64,000 bases of DNA from a virus (IMGVR_UViG_3300027763_000038:32001-96000); one strand, 5' to 3'. Shown: positions 9,842 to 22,100, counted from the first letter of the stretch. The notes: a model not told the origin generated them from the letters alone. Translations and numbers: made by a program.

Positions 9842-10791
9842 ACAATTATCCTAGTCTCTTAGATAGAATAGTTAACTATTTATATAGGATTGGTATGCTT
9901 CATAGTATAATATGGCATACTTCTATATTATTAGTTCTTTGTTTATCAGTGTCTTCAACTCTTCCTAAGAAAATTAGTTTAGAGTTATCTTTTTCAAGTG
10001 GGGAGTCTTCTGATGTTTCTATGGAAGATCCTGTAGAAATAAACTTTGATCAAGAATCTTCTGAATCAGGTTTTGATGAAAGTGAATTATTAGAAGAAGC
10101 TACAGCTTCAAATAGTCCATACACAGAAGAAATTGAACCACAACTATTCATTCAGGAATTATCAGAAAATAATACTGATAATTTAATATCAGATATATCA
10201 ATAAGTGATTTATCTACTCAGATAGTTAAAGAGTCTTCAGCATCACAGGTTCATTCCTCTAATAATAGTCAAAATGAAGCTGATGGGACGCTGGGAGAGC
10301 TTATTAAAAGTATACCCACTTCGGGGTCTAATGGTTTAAATAATGGCTTTGGAGAAAGAGGGGAGGCTCTTGAAATTGGTCGTAGATTAAATGAGGCAGG
10401 AGCGAAGACTGGGGATGTTCAAGTATCTATAGGATGGAATACTGTTGATGATATAGATGTTCATGTTCATTTTAGGTCATTCAAACAAAATTCTTACATT
10501 TCTTGGACAAATAGGTTTGGTGCTTGTGGTGGCATTTTGGATGTAGATATGAACGCTAATTCATATAAACTAAACAATAAGCCTGTAGAGAATATTTTTT
10601 GGCCAGCTGGATATTCTCCTTATGGAGAATTTGTCGTATCTCTTCATAATTTTAGAAATTGGTCTGGAGCTAGGTCAGTCCCAGTTGTTGTAATAATAAA
10701 AGTTGATGGTGAAACAAAAGTAATAAATACAGAAGCTGTTTATGGTAGACCTATGGTTGAGGTAGCAAGATTTATTAGGTTTCAAAAGTAA
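9802..10791 (+). CDS. membrane-anchored protein with acidic linker and DUF2135/YfaP-like domain
   Basis: TM segment SIIWHTSILLVLCL, E/S-rich linker, then VQVSIGWNTVDDIDVHV...LDVDMN...PVENIFW. The true start may be further downstream (e.g. ATG ~9895). Confidence 0.65.
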   Translation: MAQMAKESGRKELNNYPSLLDRIVNYLYRIGMLHSIIWHTSILLVLCLSVSSTLPKKISLELSFSSGESSDVSMEDPVEINFDQESSESGFDESELLEEATASNSPYTEEIEPQLFIQELSENNTDNLISDISISDLSTQIVKESSASQVHSSNNSQNEADGTLGELIKSIPTSGSNGLNNGFGERGEALEIGRRLNEAGAKTGDVQVSIGWNTVDDIDVHVHFRSFKQNSYISWTNRFGACGGILDVDMNANSYKLNNKPVENIFWPAGYSPYGEFVVSLHNFRNWSGARSVPVVVIIKVDGETKVINTEAVYGRPMVEVARFIRFQK

Positions 10792-11269
10792 TAATTGGCC
10801 CCCACTTATCAGCAGGACATTTTTGATTTTTATAAGCCAGTTTATTCTTGTAGTTTGCTTCTCTTATAACAGTACAGCCACACAATAGGCAAGAGTTTTC
10901 TTTAAAATATTCGCAAGTATTACAGATAGCTAATCTTCCTTCTATTTCTTCTGCTGAACATAACTTATTTCCAGCTTCCGAAGGAGGATTCTCAGCTCGT
11001 TTTATTGCGTCTTTTTTAGTCTCTTCTAATACTACGTCACTTATATTTTGTGTGCTAGAAAGATGTATGGGTGGTTTTGAGTCAAAATTACCAGTATGAT
11101 TTTGATGTATTTTATGTGCTATGTCTTCTATCTTTTTAAAACACATTATTTTAGTTTCTGGATCTTCTAAAGCGACTGTTAGATCACAATATTTACATTT
11201 ATAAAGTGGTTTATTATTGAATGTGCTATCTAAAAGCTCTAAATCACAATAAGCTGTTTTATTATTCAT
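10775..11269 (-). CDS. Cys-rich DUF6171-like protein
   Basis: RLAICNTCEY...CLLCGC...K....CPADKW, plus an N-terminal CKYC. Confidence 0.7.
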   Translation of the reverse strand: MNNKTAYCDLELLDSTFNNKPLYKCKYCDLTVALEDPETKIMCFKKIEDIAHKIHQNHTGNFDSKPPIHLSSTQNISDVVLEETKKDAIKRAENPPSEAGNKLCSAEEIEGRLAICNTCEYFKENSCLLCGCTVIREANYKNKLAYKNQKCPADKWGPIITFET

Positions 11270-14200
11270 GATATTGAATTTTTCCCTATTCTACAACAAT
11301 AATTATTATCATCACATTTTGGTACTTGAGTATCATAACATCTTGGAATATTCTCGCAATCAAAAGTTTTCACTCTTTCTGTTTTATTGATAGTGGCTGA
11401 TGGAGGACACGAACCAACAACAGCACTACATTTTTCTATTAATTGATCTCCTTTAAAAATATCCTGTATAGTTTTTGGTCTACGATATTGATAAGTATAA
11501 GAAGCTACTGTGAATGTTACAGAATTAGAGCTTACTACTGGATCTCCCAAGGTTGCTTTGTATTTCATTCCATTATAAACCACAGGAGTAAATGTAACCT
11601 CTCCACAAGATCCGGGGACAACACCTTCTACTATATCATCAACATCTATTGTAGTTATATTATTAAAACATGGGGCAGTATTGAGCCTTACTTGTTTCAT
11701 TTGTTCTTTCCATATATCAACATATCTTCGATTAGCGTTGGAGTTAGAGGTAACAATGGGATAAACTATCGGAACATCGCAACCTCCCACAACGCTATGG
11801 GGATAACGATCATTGCCTCCAACACAAACAGATGGTTCGGTATATGTTATACAAATACTCCAAGGGAAAGAATCTGGAGCTTCTTTAAGAGCAAGTCCTT
11901 GGCCACAGCTAGTATAATCACTATTACAACACTGATCGCTACAACAACCATTACAATATCCGCAACCAATTGTTTGACAACCCAATTCTAGAGGACCATT
12001 CTCATTTGGGTTTCCTCCGCTTAAAATAGAACCTAAAATACAAGTACGAGTTTCTGTAACAATTTCCCAGTTTTGTTTTTGATCAACCATTGCAATTTTA
12101 TTGGGTTCAACCCCACAGTTATCACAACTGCTTGAAATAGAATCTGATACGGTATAGGTATCATTTGGAACAGTAATATTTATGATTGGACAAGTATTTC
12201 TAATTGTATTATTAATACATAAATTAGATCCATTAGGCATGATAATAGTCAAGGTATTATTATCGTATTCAATAGAACATAGCTCTTCTGGACACTTTGC
12301 TTCGTAGTTTGGATATGTTGAAGTAGTTTCTCCAGTATGTACATAATATATAGCAGGTGCTCCGGCAGAGCTTTCTAAAAAGCTAAATTCTTCTTCTACT
12401 TCTCCTCCTCTATCAGAAGATCCAGGGAAGGTTCTCCCTGGCTCTGTACCGTTGCAGGCTGCACTCTTAGTAACTACTATTCCATTAGGATTATATTTTA
12501 TTTTTCGTTTATGAGCTTTTAAAGAAATATTATATCTACAGTATTCAAAGCTGTAATCAAATTCATCATATTCATAAGACTCTGTGCTACATAAACAACT
12601 ACTATTATTAGAATTTCTACAATAACCGTAATCCCAATCTGCACACTCACAATTATTTTCAAGGTTTCCATCAGAAGGAGGAATTGATGTTTTCCTTATT
12701 GGATCATAATAATCAAATCCAGTTAAAGGATCTTTATAGTCTAATGTTTTACAACTTCCACAACGAGGACCTGTGCTTGTTACTTTACTTGGTATTGCAT
12801 ATGGATGAGCGATAGCGGATCCTCCTATTTTATCTTCAATATCTCCACCATTATTTCTGGTAAGATTAATGCTACCTCCCATAACAAAACAATCTTTTAC
12901 TAGACCAAAAATACCCCTAGCGACTCCTCCTAGTTTTATTGTTCTACTTGTGCTACTTAAAACTGTAAATACATTTGGATTTAAGCTATCTATACCAAGA
13001 CCAACTCCCCAATTTGTACATCCCCAACCTGGTGGTCCTCCTGCACTTGATGTGTTAGCACAACCTCCTGCTCCACGAGGAAAAGGAGAACTTGGAATTT
13101 TTCTTCCTTGAGAATCAAGAAAGTTTGGACTGCAATTGTAAAAATTATAAGTCCAATAATATTGACCAGCTAAATCCGATGGATATGGACAAGCATATGG
13201 CTTATATTGATCTTGAGCGGATTGAGATAATAAATCTGCAAGATCATTATTTCCAGCATTTCTAGCTGCTTGGGCATCTCTTTCAGCTTGGGCTATTGCT
13301 AGCCATGCTTCTCTATCTAGAATAGGCCAATATGGATAAGTGAGCTGATTGCCATCACAATCAACATCTCCATAAATTTTTCCAGAGGTAAAGGCGTGAT
13401 AAAATCCAAGATTTCTTCTTTCTAGCTCTTCGCATTTTTTTAGCAAAGTGTAATTAGCAAGTTGTCTATCACTAACAATTAAATTATTAGTAATAGCAGA
13501 TTCAGTATATATTACTCCTGATATACTTTTCCCATCTACTGTGGCTAAAGCGATTATTTTACCATTTTCTCTAACAATAGAAATATCAATAGTCTTACCA
13601 GCAACCTCTGCTGTGATAGAATCTCCTACTTTCAAGATGCCTCTTATTGATAATGACCCAGATATTTTACGATTACTAGTATCTGCTGAGGTATCTAAAT
13701 CATAAGGAATATTTTTGTATACATCTTTTGCTTCTATCTTGGGATAATTATACTTAATAAGATCTGTAAAAGAAACTGAATTATTAACATTGTCTATAGT
13801 ATTTAGATTAATCTTTTGTTTTTCTCCATACATTAGCCTAAAAAACATTTCGTTAGCTAATATGTCGGTATTTTGAACTAATGCTGTATGATCATCTACT
13901 ATACTATCATTCATTAATGATTGATATTCTTCATTTAATACAGAAATTCTGTTATTTATTGGCCTAGGAGATACATTAGTATTACAATTGGAAGCTGGAT
14001 ACAAAGTATTATCTGGGGTAAGCTCTAATCTTTGAATATATTTTAAAGATTTATTTCCTATTGGATTATAAAAACCAGCATCATATGATAGAATATAAGG
14101 GATATCATTATTTTCATCAGTTAATTCTTTTGTTTTGTTAATTTCTATATCATATGTTCCGCTGTATGAGATATATCCAGCAGTATTCATCCCACACGCT

Positions 14201-17200
14201 AAACTTGAACATGCTCCTGGTGGAAGATTGTCTGTATCACAGTATACTGGAAACCTAGAAAAAACACCTCCCGTATATGGAACTTGTTTGAAATGATCAA
14301 ATTCCAAAACGTTATCTGCAAATGTTTGTTGATCAGTGGGAACTAATGGATCAAAGACTCTATAACAACCATTTGAATTTACTCTTCTTGTAGAATTAAT
14401 TTCTCGTAATTGAAAAGGAGAACTATCTACTCTTAGCGTATTAGTATAAAAAGTTTTATTTGAATTGATTGTTAAAGCAGACTCTAAGAGCTTACCAGCT
14501 CTCAAATTTACCCAAAACAAATTAGCAGTAGGAGAAATAAAATCATTTTCATAAGGATGTGCAGATCCTAAATTTGCTAGAATACCACTAATTTTAATAG
14601 ATCCTAAAGGTATTTTATTGGCATCAATCATTTGTTGTAAATGAGGTTGGATTTTTTCTCTAAAGTCATTTGTAACATTATCACCTGACTGAGGAATATT
14701 GATATCTATAAAAGATAGATAATTTTGATAATCTTCTATTGATCCATTAGTTAAAATATCTAAACCAATATTATATGGTTGATGTATTGTAAAATTTGCT
14801 AATCCGGAGTGAGTAATAAATAAGTTATTATTATTTAAATTAATATTATATCTATGTATTTTATAATCGGTATTATTAATGATAATCTTAAAAAAATTAT
14901 TATTATACAAACTAGATGGATATATGACATTTAAGTAATCGGAACCATAAAAATATTGAGATAAATCATTAGTTAATTTACCATCAAAACTAAAAATATC
15001 AGACCACTTGGTTAAATAATTCCCATTAACTAATAATGTATCATTCTCTCTAGCTAGTGTGGGTTGGCTTTGATAAAGAAAAAATGAGTCCGCCCCCTCT
15101 TGGTTGGATGAATCTAAATTCAATAAACTAAAATCAATATAGGACTGCTTATATCTTATATCTTGATCAAACTTTATTTCTGTATAAAAATTTCTATACT
15201 CATTAATAAGGCTATTGCTTCTTTTAATTTTATTCTTGCTCTTATCTATAGTCACATGATATAAGCTTTTTTCAATAATTTTAGCATCATAATTTTCTGA
15301 TAGATTTTCTTTGTTATAAATTTTAACAGTTTGATTACATTTCTTTTTAGTATCAAAAATATATCCTTGTCTATTTCTTTCGTTATAACCTATGTGTAAA
15401 TCACTAAAATTAGTATATAAACGATTATAATCTACCAAAGAATAAGAATTGCGGTTATTTTTTGCTCCATTTCCTCTATATTTCCATCTTTCTCCATTAA
15501 CTAATATTAATTCTGGATAAGTAGCAGTAATTTTATCTTGCTCATCTGTTGTTAGCTGATCAATAGAATCATGCAACGTCACTAGTGCCGAATCATTTTC
15601 TCCTAAAATAAAATATAATCTTACCCCATCAAGTTTTGCTGTTCTAAGATCATCTTCATTTTTAATAAAGTCCGTATGGAAAAAGGGGTATTTTTTTTCT
15701 GAATAGTGTGTAATTTGATTTCCACTAGGAATAAAATTATACATAAAGCTGAAATTTATATGTCCTTTTGGTGATACTGGTATTATTGGACCATCAACCA
15801 TTTCGAAAGAATCTTGACTAGAATATTTAAATAAATATGGTTCTCCAATATATGTATTATTGTCTTTTTTAAATCCAAAAACATCGTCAGTATTATACTC
15901 ATACCACCTATCTTCTAATTTCAGGTACAGCCTCGGTTTTTTGTGTGATTCAAATCCATTAATTTGAGCAAGTATCTTTTTCACATCATCTGTAAAATTT
16001 CCTATTAATATAGAGCCAGAATTATACGGGGAACCAGAATTAAAAAGTTCTTTATCATAAGAAATATATGGAGATTGTTTCAAATATTCTATCGGACTAT
16101 TTCTAATAGTTTGTTCTCCATTAATAGATAAGTCAGTTTTATATGTAAGACCACTATTAGGATGAAAAAATCCTCTTTTTAGAGTTCCCATTCCGGTAGT
16201 AGACGGAATAGCAAAATTAATGATTTGTTTTCTTGGAATTCTAGTAAATTTAATAGGAACCAGAATATTTTCGTCTCCTCCTATTATATTACTAGCAAGA
16301 CACGAATTACCATTTGGAGGATATAATACATATTGGTTACCTCCGAGTATCGCCTCTAGATAAGGATTAGTAATCTGTGCTGTAATCTCAGATGCTGTAT
16401 TTCCTTTTTCTACAACTATTTTTTTCTGTTTATCGTATACTACTGTGTTATTAATATCTACTTTACTAGCAAATCTTTGATATCCTGCATTAGGAATAGA
16501 TTCAAGTTCGCCATCGACAGAAGTAAAAGAAAGTGTGGTTCTAAAAAGATCAACATTCTCTAATACTTCTGCCCAAATATCTGCATGAATAGTATCATAG
16601 CTAGGCAAAGAAAAAGCCCATGAGCTATATACATAATTAGGTAGACTAAGCTGAATAGATTTTTGACATCCATAAGGCATTTCTGGATCAATTTTTTTAT
16701 TAACAGCATTTAAAATAGTGCCTGTTGCTGGATGATTTGGTATTGTCTCACTACCTAATATTCCAGTAATATAATTAGATGAGTACCCGCCGTATGATTT
16801 TAATCTCGGACTATTTGAGGTAGATAATCCAGGAGTAAATCTTAATGGATCATTACTAAAAATGAAAGAGTTTTGGTTGCAAATATAAGGATATTCTGTG
16901 AAAGTAGACAAACCAAGACAACCACAAGTATTTTGATTAGGAAAAGCTCTACATTCATACGTGTCTTCGTTCGATCCTCTTAGTTTTTCTATTTTTAAGC
17001 TATAAAGTTTAATACCAGCATCTTTAGTAGTAAATGTAATTTTTGCTCTTGGATTATTAATGAATTGTAATGATACGTTATTAACAAACACAGTACTATT
17101 ATCTACTCCAAAAATTTTACTATCGTAGTATACTCCTCCTTGATGATGAAAAGCTGCTTTATCAATTCTTGGATTAATAGCAGTAGCGCTATATCTTCTA

Positions 17201-19098
17201 TCTAGTTCAGCTTTTGGATATTTAGCATAATAATGTTTCAAACCAGTAGAATAAACCATTTCTTTGATAAGATTATCATTGAAATAAACTCCGGCCATTT
17301 TTGCAGCCTTATCAGTTTCTACCACCCCACTTATACAAGTCTGGGAATATCTTGTTCTAGTGTCTCTTTTTGTCTCTAGTTTTAGATTAGCCAATTCTAA
17401 AGACTGAGAATAATCGAAATTTTTTCTAAGACCAGGATCAGAACAATCTTTCATCCCTTTCAAACTAGCACTAGAAAGTCTATAGGTATCTGATAATTTA
17501 ACAGTCATATCAAAATCCAAATCCACATAACATGCGGCATCAATATTTTTAGTAAATTCTAGTGTGGTTGTGGATTGAGGTGGAAACCAGATATATGCAC
17601 CATATTTATTAGCTAGTGCAGTTATCAGGTCTCCTGTAGTTTTTATATAGTCTAATTTACTAAGCGAATTAATTGGACTAGTAGACATGTCAGCATTAAA
17701 TCCAGATAATTGCTTGTATTCATTAAGTACATAGGTTTGGTCTAAATTTCTTTTTAATAGATCTATTGTAATTTGATCATATTCTGGAGATGTACATAAT
17801 AATGCAGATAGCTCGAATATTTGTATAGGGTTTAGAATACTAATACTAGAATTTCTTTCATGATCTTCTTCATTAATGTAGTCCAGTGCTGTATAAATAC
17901 TATAGAATCGATCATATAGATTACTAGAAATATAAGTAAACTTAGAACCACTAGGAATAACTCCTACAACACCATTATTTTGAATTAGTTTTAGACCAGA
18001 AGGACAGAACTTAGTAGTTCCTCCTCTATCTCCGCTATAAGGAGGATATTCTGGGCCGTCATTAGTAGCATAGAATACGTCTCCGGGAGAAATATAAAGA
18101 TCAACGCCAGATATTGGTCGAGGATCATTTATTATCCCGGTTTGATAGTATCTATACCAGCCTAATACTCCAGAACTATAATTCCACTTCCAATGAGACC
18201 CAAGTTTAGTATGTTTAACAAATATATTGTCATAAGTTTTATTGTTAAAACCATGTGGTATTACAGAAAATTCATCTGGTGTTGGTAATACATCTCTCCA
18301 ATTTGGCCAAGGAATATTATCTCCAGTAGGCCCTATTAGTCCATCAAATATGGAATATTCGGGATTATATCCAGATGAATCAGGATTAACGTGAGTAAGT
18401 ATAAAATTGCCACAAGTTTTACCAACTTGTAAAAACTTAGCATACGCTTTATTATGATCATCTATATTATCGTATTGAGAAGTTTCTTTATCATATGGTA
18501 TTTCTCCCATTCTTTCTTTCAAAGACCAATCGATCATCATTTTTGCTTCAGTTGTATTATCACTAGTAATAGTAAAATTTCTTAACTCAGATAATTTGAT
18601 GAAATTTTCAAAGCCTAATGGCTTGTTAGTTACTGCTGGAAATTGATCTTGATATTTCCAATCATAAAATTCAGTTAAATATTTTTGATTTAGTAATGGT
18701 ATTTTAGGAAGATAATCATCTTTAAACATTCTATTATCACAAGATCCTGATCCGGTACAACAGATAGTCGTAATAGGAGACAAAGGAGTACAATAGTTAC
18801 AATCTAAACCAAATATAGGTTTTTCCAAATCATTATAGTTTCCAACATAATTAATTGCTGATGAACAGTTAAATGGATCAAAAGCTTGAAGTAAAACCGT
18901 CTGAGGCTGAGTGAGTAAGTCAACATACTTATGATTTGAAATATTTCCACTAACAACAATAGGTCTCCATAGGCCACTAGTACCAGAACTAAACGCAGGA
19001 ACTAGATTTCTAAGTCTGGACATATCTACCTCAACACTAAGTCCAGTTAAGGTAGCTTCGGTAAATAAGGACCTATTAAATAGCGTACAACAGCTCAT
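11266..19098 (-). CDS. giant (2610 aa) protein with Cys-rich termini, probable virion tail-tip component
   Basis: Single long ORF at the end of the tail module; dense Cys clusters (MSCC; GCQTIGCGYCNGCCSDQCC; YCCR). Confidence 0.55.
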   Translation of the reverse strand: MSCCTLFNRSLFTEATLTGLSVEVDMSRLRNLVPAFSSGTSGLWRPIVVSGNISNHKYVDLLTQPQTVLLQAFDPFNCSSAINYVGNYNDLEKPIFGLDCNYCTPLSPITTICCTGSGSCDNRMFKDDYLPKIPLLNQKYLTEFYDWKYQDQFPAVTNKPLGFENFIKLSELRNFTITSDNTTEAKMMIDWSLKERMGEIPYDKETSQYDNIDDHNKAYAKFLQVGKTCGNFILTHVNPDSSGYNPEYSIFDGLIGPTGDNIPWPNWRDVLPTPDEFSVIPHGFNNKTYDNIFVKHTKLGSHWKWNYSSGVLGWYRYYQTGIINDPRPISGVDLYISPGDVFYATNDGPEYPPYSGDRGGTTKFCPSGLKLIQNNGVVGVIPSGSKFTYISSNLYDRFYSIYTALDYINEEDHERNSSISILNPIQIFELSALLCTSPEYDQITIDLLKRNLDQTYVLNEYKQLSGFNADMSTSPINSLSKLDYIKTTGDLITALANKYGAYIWFPPQSTTTLEFTKNIDAACYVDLDFDMTVKLSDTYRLSSASLKGMKDCSDPGLRKNFDYSQSLELANLKLETKRDTRTRYSQTCISGVVETDKAAKMAGVYFNDNLIKEMVYSTGLKHYYAKYPKAELDRRYSATAINPRIDKAAFHHQGGVYYDSKIFGVDNSTVFVNNVSLQFINNPRAKITFTTKDAGIKLYSLKIEKLRGSNEDTYECRAFPNQNTCGCLGLSTFTEYPYICNQNSFIFSNDPLRFTPGLSTSNSPRLKSYGGYSSNYITGILGSETIPNHPATGTILNAVNKKIDPEMPYGCQKSIQLSLPNYVYSSWAFSLPSYDTIHADIWAEVLENVDLFRTTLSFTSVDGELESIPNAGYQRFASKVDINNTVVYDKQKKIVVEKGNTASEITAQITNPYLEAILGGNQYVLYPPNGNSCLASNIIGGDENILVPIKFTRIPRKQIINFAIPSTTGMGTLKRGFFHPNSGLTYKTDLSINGEQTIRNSPIEYLKQSPYISYDKELFNSGSPYNSGSILIGNFTDDVKKILAQINGFESHKKPRLYLKLEDRWYEYNTDDVFGFKKDNNTYIGEPYLFKYSSQDSFEMVDGPIIPVSPKGHINFSFMYNFIPSGNQITHYSEKKYPFFHTDFIKNEDDLRTAKLDGVRLYFILGENDSALVTLHDSIDQLTTDEQDKITATYPELILVNGERWKYRGNGAKNNRNSYSLVDYNRLYTNFSDLHIGYNERNRQGYIFDTKKKCNQTVKIYNKENLSENYDAKIIEKSLYHVTIDKSKNKIKRSNSLINEYRNFYTEIKFDQDIRYKQSYIDFSLLNLDSSNQEGADSFFLYQSQPTLARENDTLLVNGNYLTKWSDIFSFDGKLTNDLSQYFYGSDYLNVIYPSSLYNNNFFKIIINNTDYKIHRYNINLNNNNLFITHSGLANFTIHQPYNIGLDILTNGSIEDYQNYLSFIDINIPQSGDNVTNDFREKIQPHLQQMIDANKIPLGSIKISGILANLGSAHPYENDFISPTANLFWVNLRAGKLLESALTINSNKTFYTNTLRVDSSPFQLREINSTRRVNSNGCYRVFDPLVPTDQQTFADNVLEFDHFKQVPYTGGVFSRFPVYCDTDNLPPGACSSLACGMNTAGYISYSGTYDIEINKTKELTDENNDIPYILSYDAGFYNPIGNKSLKYIQRLELTPDNTLYPASNCNTNVSPRPINNRISVLNEEYQSLMNDSIVDDHTALVQNTDILANEMFFRLMYGEKQKINLNTIDNVNNSVSFTDLIKYNYPKIEAKDVYKNIPYDLDTSADTSNRKISGSLSIRGILKVGDSITAEVAGKTIDISIVRENGKIIALATVDGKSISGVIYTESAITNNLIVSDRQLANYTLLKKCEELERRNLGFYHAFTSGKIYGDVDCDGNQLTYPYWPILDREAWLAIAQAERDAQAARNAGNNDLADLLSQSAQDQYKPYACPYPSDLAGQYYWTYNFYNCSPNFLDSQGRKIPSSPFPRGAGGCANTSSAGGPPGWGCTNWGVGLGIDSLNPNVFTVLSSTSRTIKLGGVARGIFGLVKDCFVMGGSINLTRNNGGDIEDKIGGSAIAHPYAIPSKVTSTGPRCGSCKTLDYKDPLTGFDYYDPIRKTSIPPSDGNLENNCECADWDYGYCRNSNNSSCLCSTESYEYDEFDYSFEYCRYNISLKAHKRKIKYNPNGIVVTKSAACNGTEPGRTFPGSSDRGGEVEEEFSFLESSAGAPAIYYVHTGETTSTYPNYEAKCPEELCSIEYDNNTLTIIMPNGSNLCINNTIRNTCPIINITVPNDTYTVSDSISSSCDNCGVEPNKIAMVDQKQNWEIVTETRTCILGSILSGGNPNENGPLELGCQTIGCGYCNGCCSDQCCNSDYTSCGQGLALKEAPDSFPWSICITYTEPSVCVGGNDRYPHSVVGGCDVPIVYPIVTSNSNANRRYVDIWKEQMKQVRLNTAPCFNNITTIDVDDIVEGVVPGSCGEVTFTPVVYNGMKYKATLGDPVVSSNSVTFTVASYTYQYRRPKTIQDIFKGDQLIEKCSAVVGSCPPSATINKTERVKTFDCENIPRCYDTQVPKCDDNNYCCRIGKNSIS

Positions 19099-19104
19099 TT
19101 GATA

Positions 19105-22100
19105 TTAACACCTATAAGATTGTAAAACCCATCCGCTACCCATAAAGGTAAATAGTCCTGCATCTCCAACATTAACATTAAAATCTAAAGGATTAGAGAA
19201 AGTTGTTAGATAAGTTCCAGAAGTATTACGATATAGATTATACATATCTACAGAATTTGCTCCTCTAATAATACCGGAAGTCATAGATGGTTTATTAAAG
19301 ATTGGTTCATAAAATCCATTCTGGCCATTATAGTTACAGTAAACATGAGCTCCTCTAGGAGCACCATTAACTCCTAGTGGATCTTTTACAAATACTAAAC
19401 GACGTAATCCACTAGCTAATGGCTGATTACTATAAGAATCGTCTACTATCTCACCACGAGATGGTTGATTACCTACTAAATCTGTTTCTATAACTACCCA
19501 AATTGGTTTATATCCATTGCCTCCAGCAACCCAAACTCCAGCAACGTCATCCCATCTAAGATCAACAGGACCAACTGGCCATGTTCCTGGTAATTGCCCC
19601 CAACCTTTATAAAAAGAATTTTCTTTGTATGGTTCTGTCCAGGTTTGATCAGGTTTTTGAGTTTGGTTTTTGTATATAATATTACCACTAGTATCTTTAA
19701 CAATTTCTCCATTAGTATCTAATTTTGGTTCACCAGAAGAGTTAGGAACTGGAAATCCTTCTAAATCATATCCCCAAGCATGAACCATCAATGGTCCTCT
19801 TAATCCAAAAAATCTTGCATTATTAGCAGGACAACCAGATGCGCCCGTTGGACCAGGAATAGATTTAGCTGCACAATGATCAATATAATTTTGATCATAG
19901 TCAAGAAAGTTTTTCTCTATTGTTGATGAATAAGCAAATTTTAAAGAATTTCCTGTCTCGGGGACTGTCATACCCAAACCAACCAAGTCGATACTATGTC
20001 CAGTAAGATCTCCAGATTGTCTATTTTGAAAACAACTAAATTCTCCAGTAGCTAATAATACAGGATTTAATGTGGAATAATTAATAATAGTATTTTGATT
20101 GGTTTCACCAGAAGGTTGTCCAGTATTGGCATTTTTAGAAATAATAGTTAAATCATCTCCACTAGCTAAAATATATGGAGGATTTGTTTGTTTTGGAGAA
20201 GAACTCTTGTAAGCTCTTTTTTCTTTATTATCAATAGTTTCACAAAATGGACAAACATCAGTCTGGCTAGACTTTAATTGTATTAGTCCTGCAAAGCCTG
20301 ATGGTTGAGATCCTGAATCTCTAGGTATGTCAAATTTTTCCCAAGTATAATTGCCACTACCTTTACAAAATGCGCAGTTATCTCTAGGATATTTTGTAAT
20401 ATTATAAGTAGAACCATATAGTGTTGGATAAAAAGAAATAGGAGATAATAAACCATCTAAACTCATGAATGATTTTTGACTATAATCATCTTTTAATTCT
20501 CTTGGTAGTTCTTGAATATCTTGAACAGAGACATTGGTTAAGTATCTTAACATGTCTTTAGTATTATAGCTTGTATTTTTAGAATATGGAAATTTTGACC
20601 ATGATGGAGAAAATCCTAGATCAGCATAAATATCTCCAATAGAACTTTGGAAATTTAACTGAGGATATGCGGCGCCAGCTAAAATCTCGAACGGACTCCA
20701 TCTTAATGGCTTAGGAGTGTCTGCACCACCAAGTAAACCATTATTAGACTTGGGGAAAATATTTGATTTAATTTTATTTAGAGCACTATTTATGCTATTA
20801 TTAGTGTCTCTTCGTCTTTTCATAAATTCTAAATTAGTATCACGAATTCTATCAGAATTTTCTTTATTAAAAAACCCTATTTTTTTAACATATGTTCTCA
20901 TATTATAAGAGGAAGTAATACCAGCATTATTAAGACTAACATTAAAATTAGTTACTATTGGTCCTGCTGTATCTTCAGCAGTTAATTTTAGTACACTTCC
21001 TATACTATATGACTTACCGTTAGGATCTTTTAAAAGCAAACCCACAGCGCTAATACTACCTTGTTCAGTAACTTGTTGGTAGTTTATATCATCTTTAATT
21101 ATATTCATGACAACAGCATCTAAAGCATTCGTTCCTCCATAATTCCAAGGAACTAAATCATCCTGAACATTTACTTTAACTCCACCAACCAAATTATTTA
21201 CTAAATTATTCAAAGCATCCTGATTGTATGGGTTGTCTGCATCTGGTGGGATAAATATTAATGAAGAAACACCTTGTAAACCTGGATGATTAATCCAGGG
21301 ACCATAAGTATATCTATTGTATTTAACTGGAACTGCCGCAAACTCAGGACACGTTGCTTTTTTAGCAATAACAACATTCTCTGCTGAATTATTAATAGAT
21401 ATACCGTGATTACCACCAATTAATTTCATTGTACTAGAAAATCCCCAAGCACAAAGAATAGCTTTCCAATTCATAGGATTAGAAGTAGCTTTTAATGAAT
21501 TATTTGTGCGAGATCTATTATTTGGGGGTTGAGCAGATCCTCTGTTCATTATGATTAAAGCATCATGCAATTGAACATAGGATAAAGAATCCTGTGCATC
21601 AGATTTTCCTCCTCCTAAATATAAAGGATCTGGTAAAGATAAAATAGCTCTAGGACGATAAAGATCGTCAATGTCTTTTAAGAAAATTACTTTTGGTTCA
21701 ACTTCAGACTTGACATACATTTTAAATTGCCAGCCTGATGGAATTGGTTCTCCATGAGGAGTAGTAGGAGCCAGGGTTGCTCCAACCAAAGTGTTAGTAA
21801 CATTTTCTAATCCAAGATTAGATATTGTTGGATTTTGGTATGGCACATACAAATATTGATCAGGTTGCATACTGTGATCTAAAGGAAAATAAAAATATTC
21901 ACTTCTGTCTACAACAGAACCAAAAGAATGAGACATAGCTAACATTAGAGCAGTTAGTGAATTGGGATCATTCCTAGTAGCAAGATAAGTTTGAGACCAA
22001 AAATCTCTAGAAGCAAAATCTCCATTAGCATTAAATCCTAAAATAGGCTGTATTTTATTGTCATCGTCTGAAAATAAAGAAGCTTGCGAGGAACCAACAA

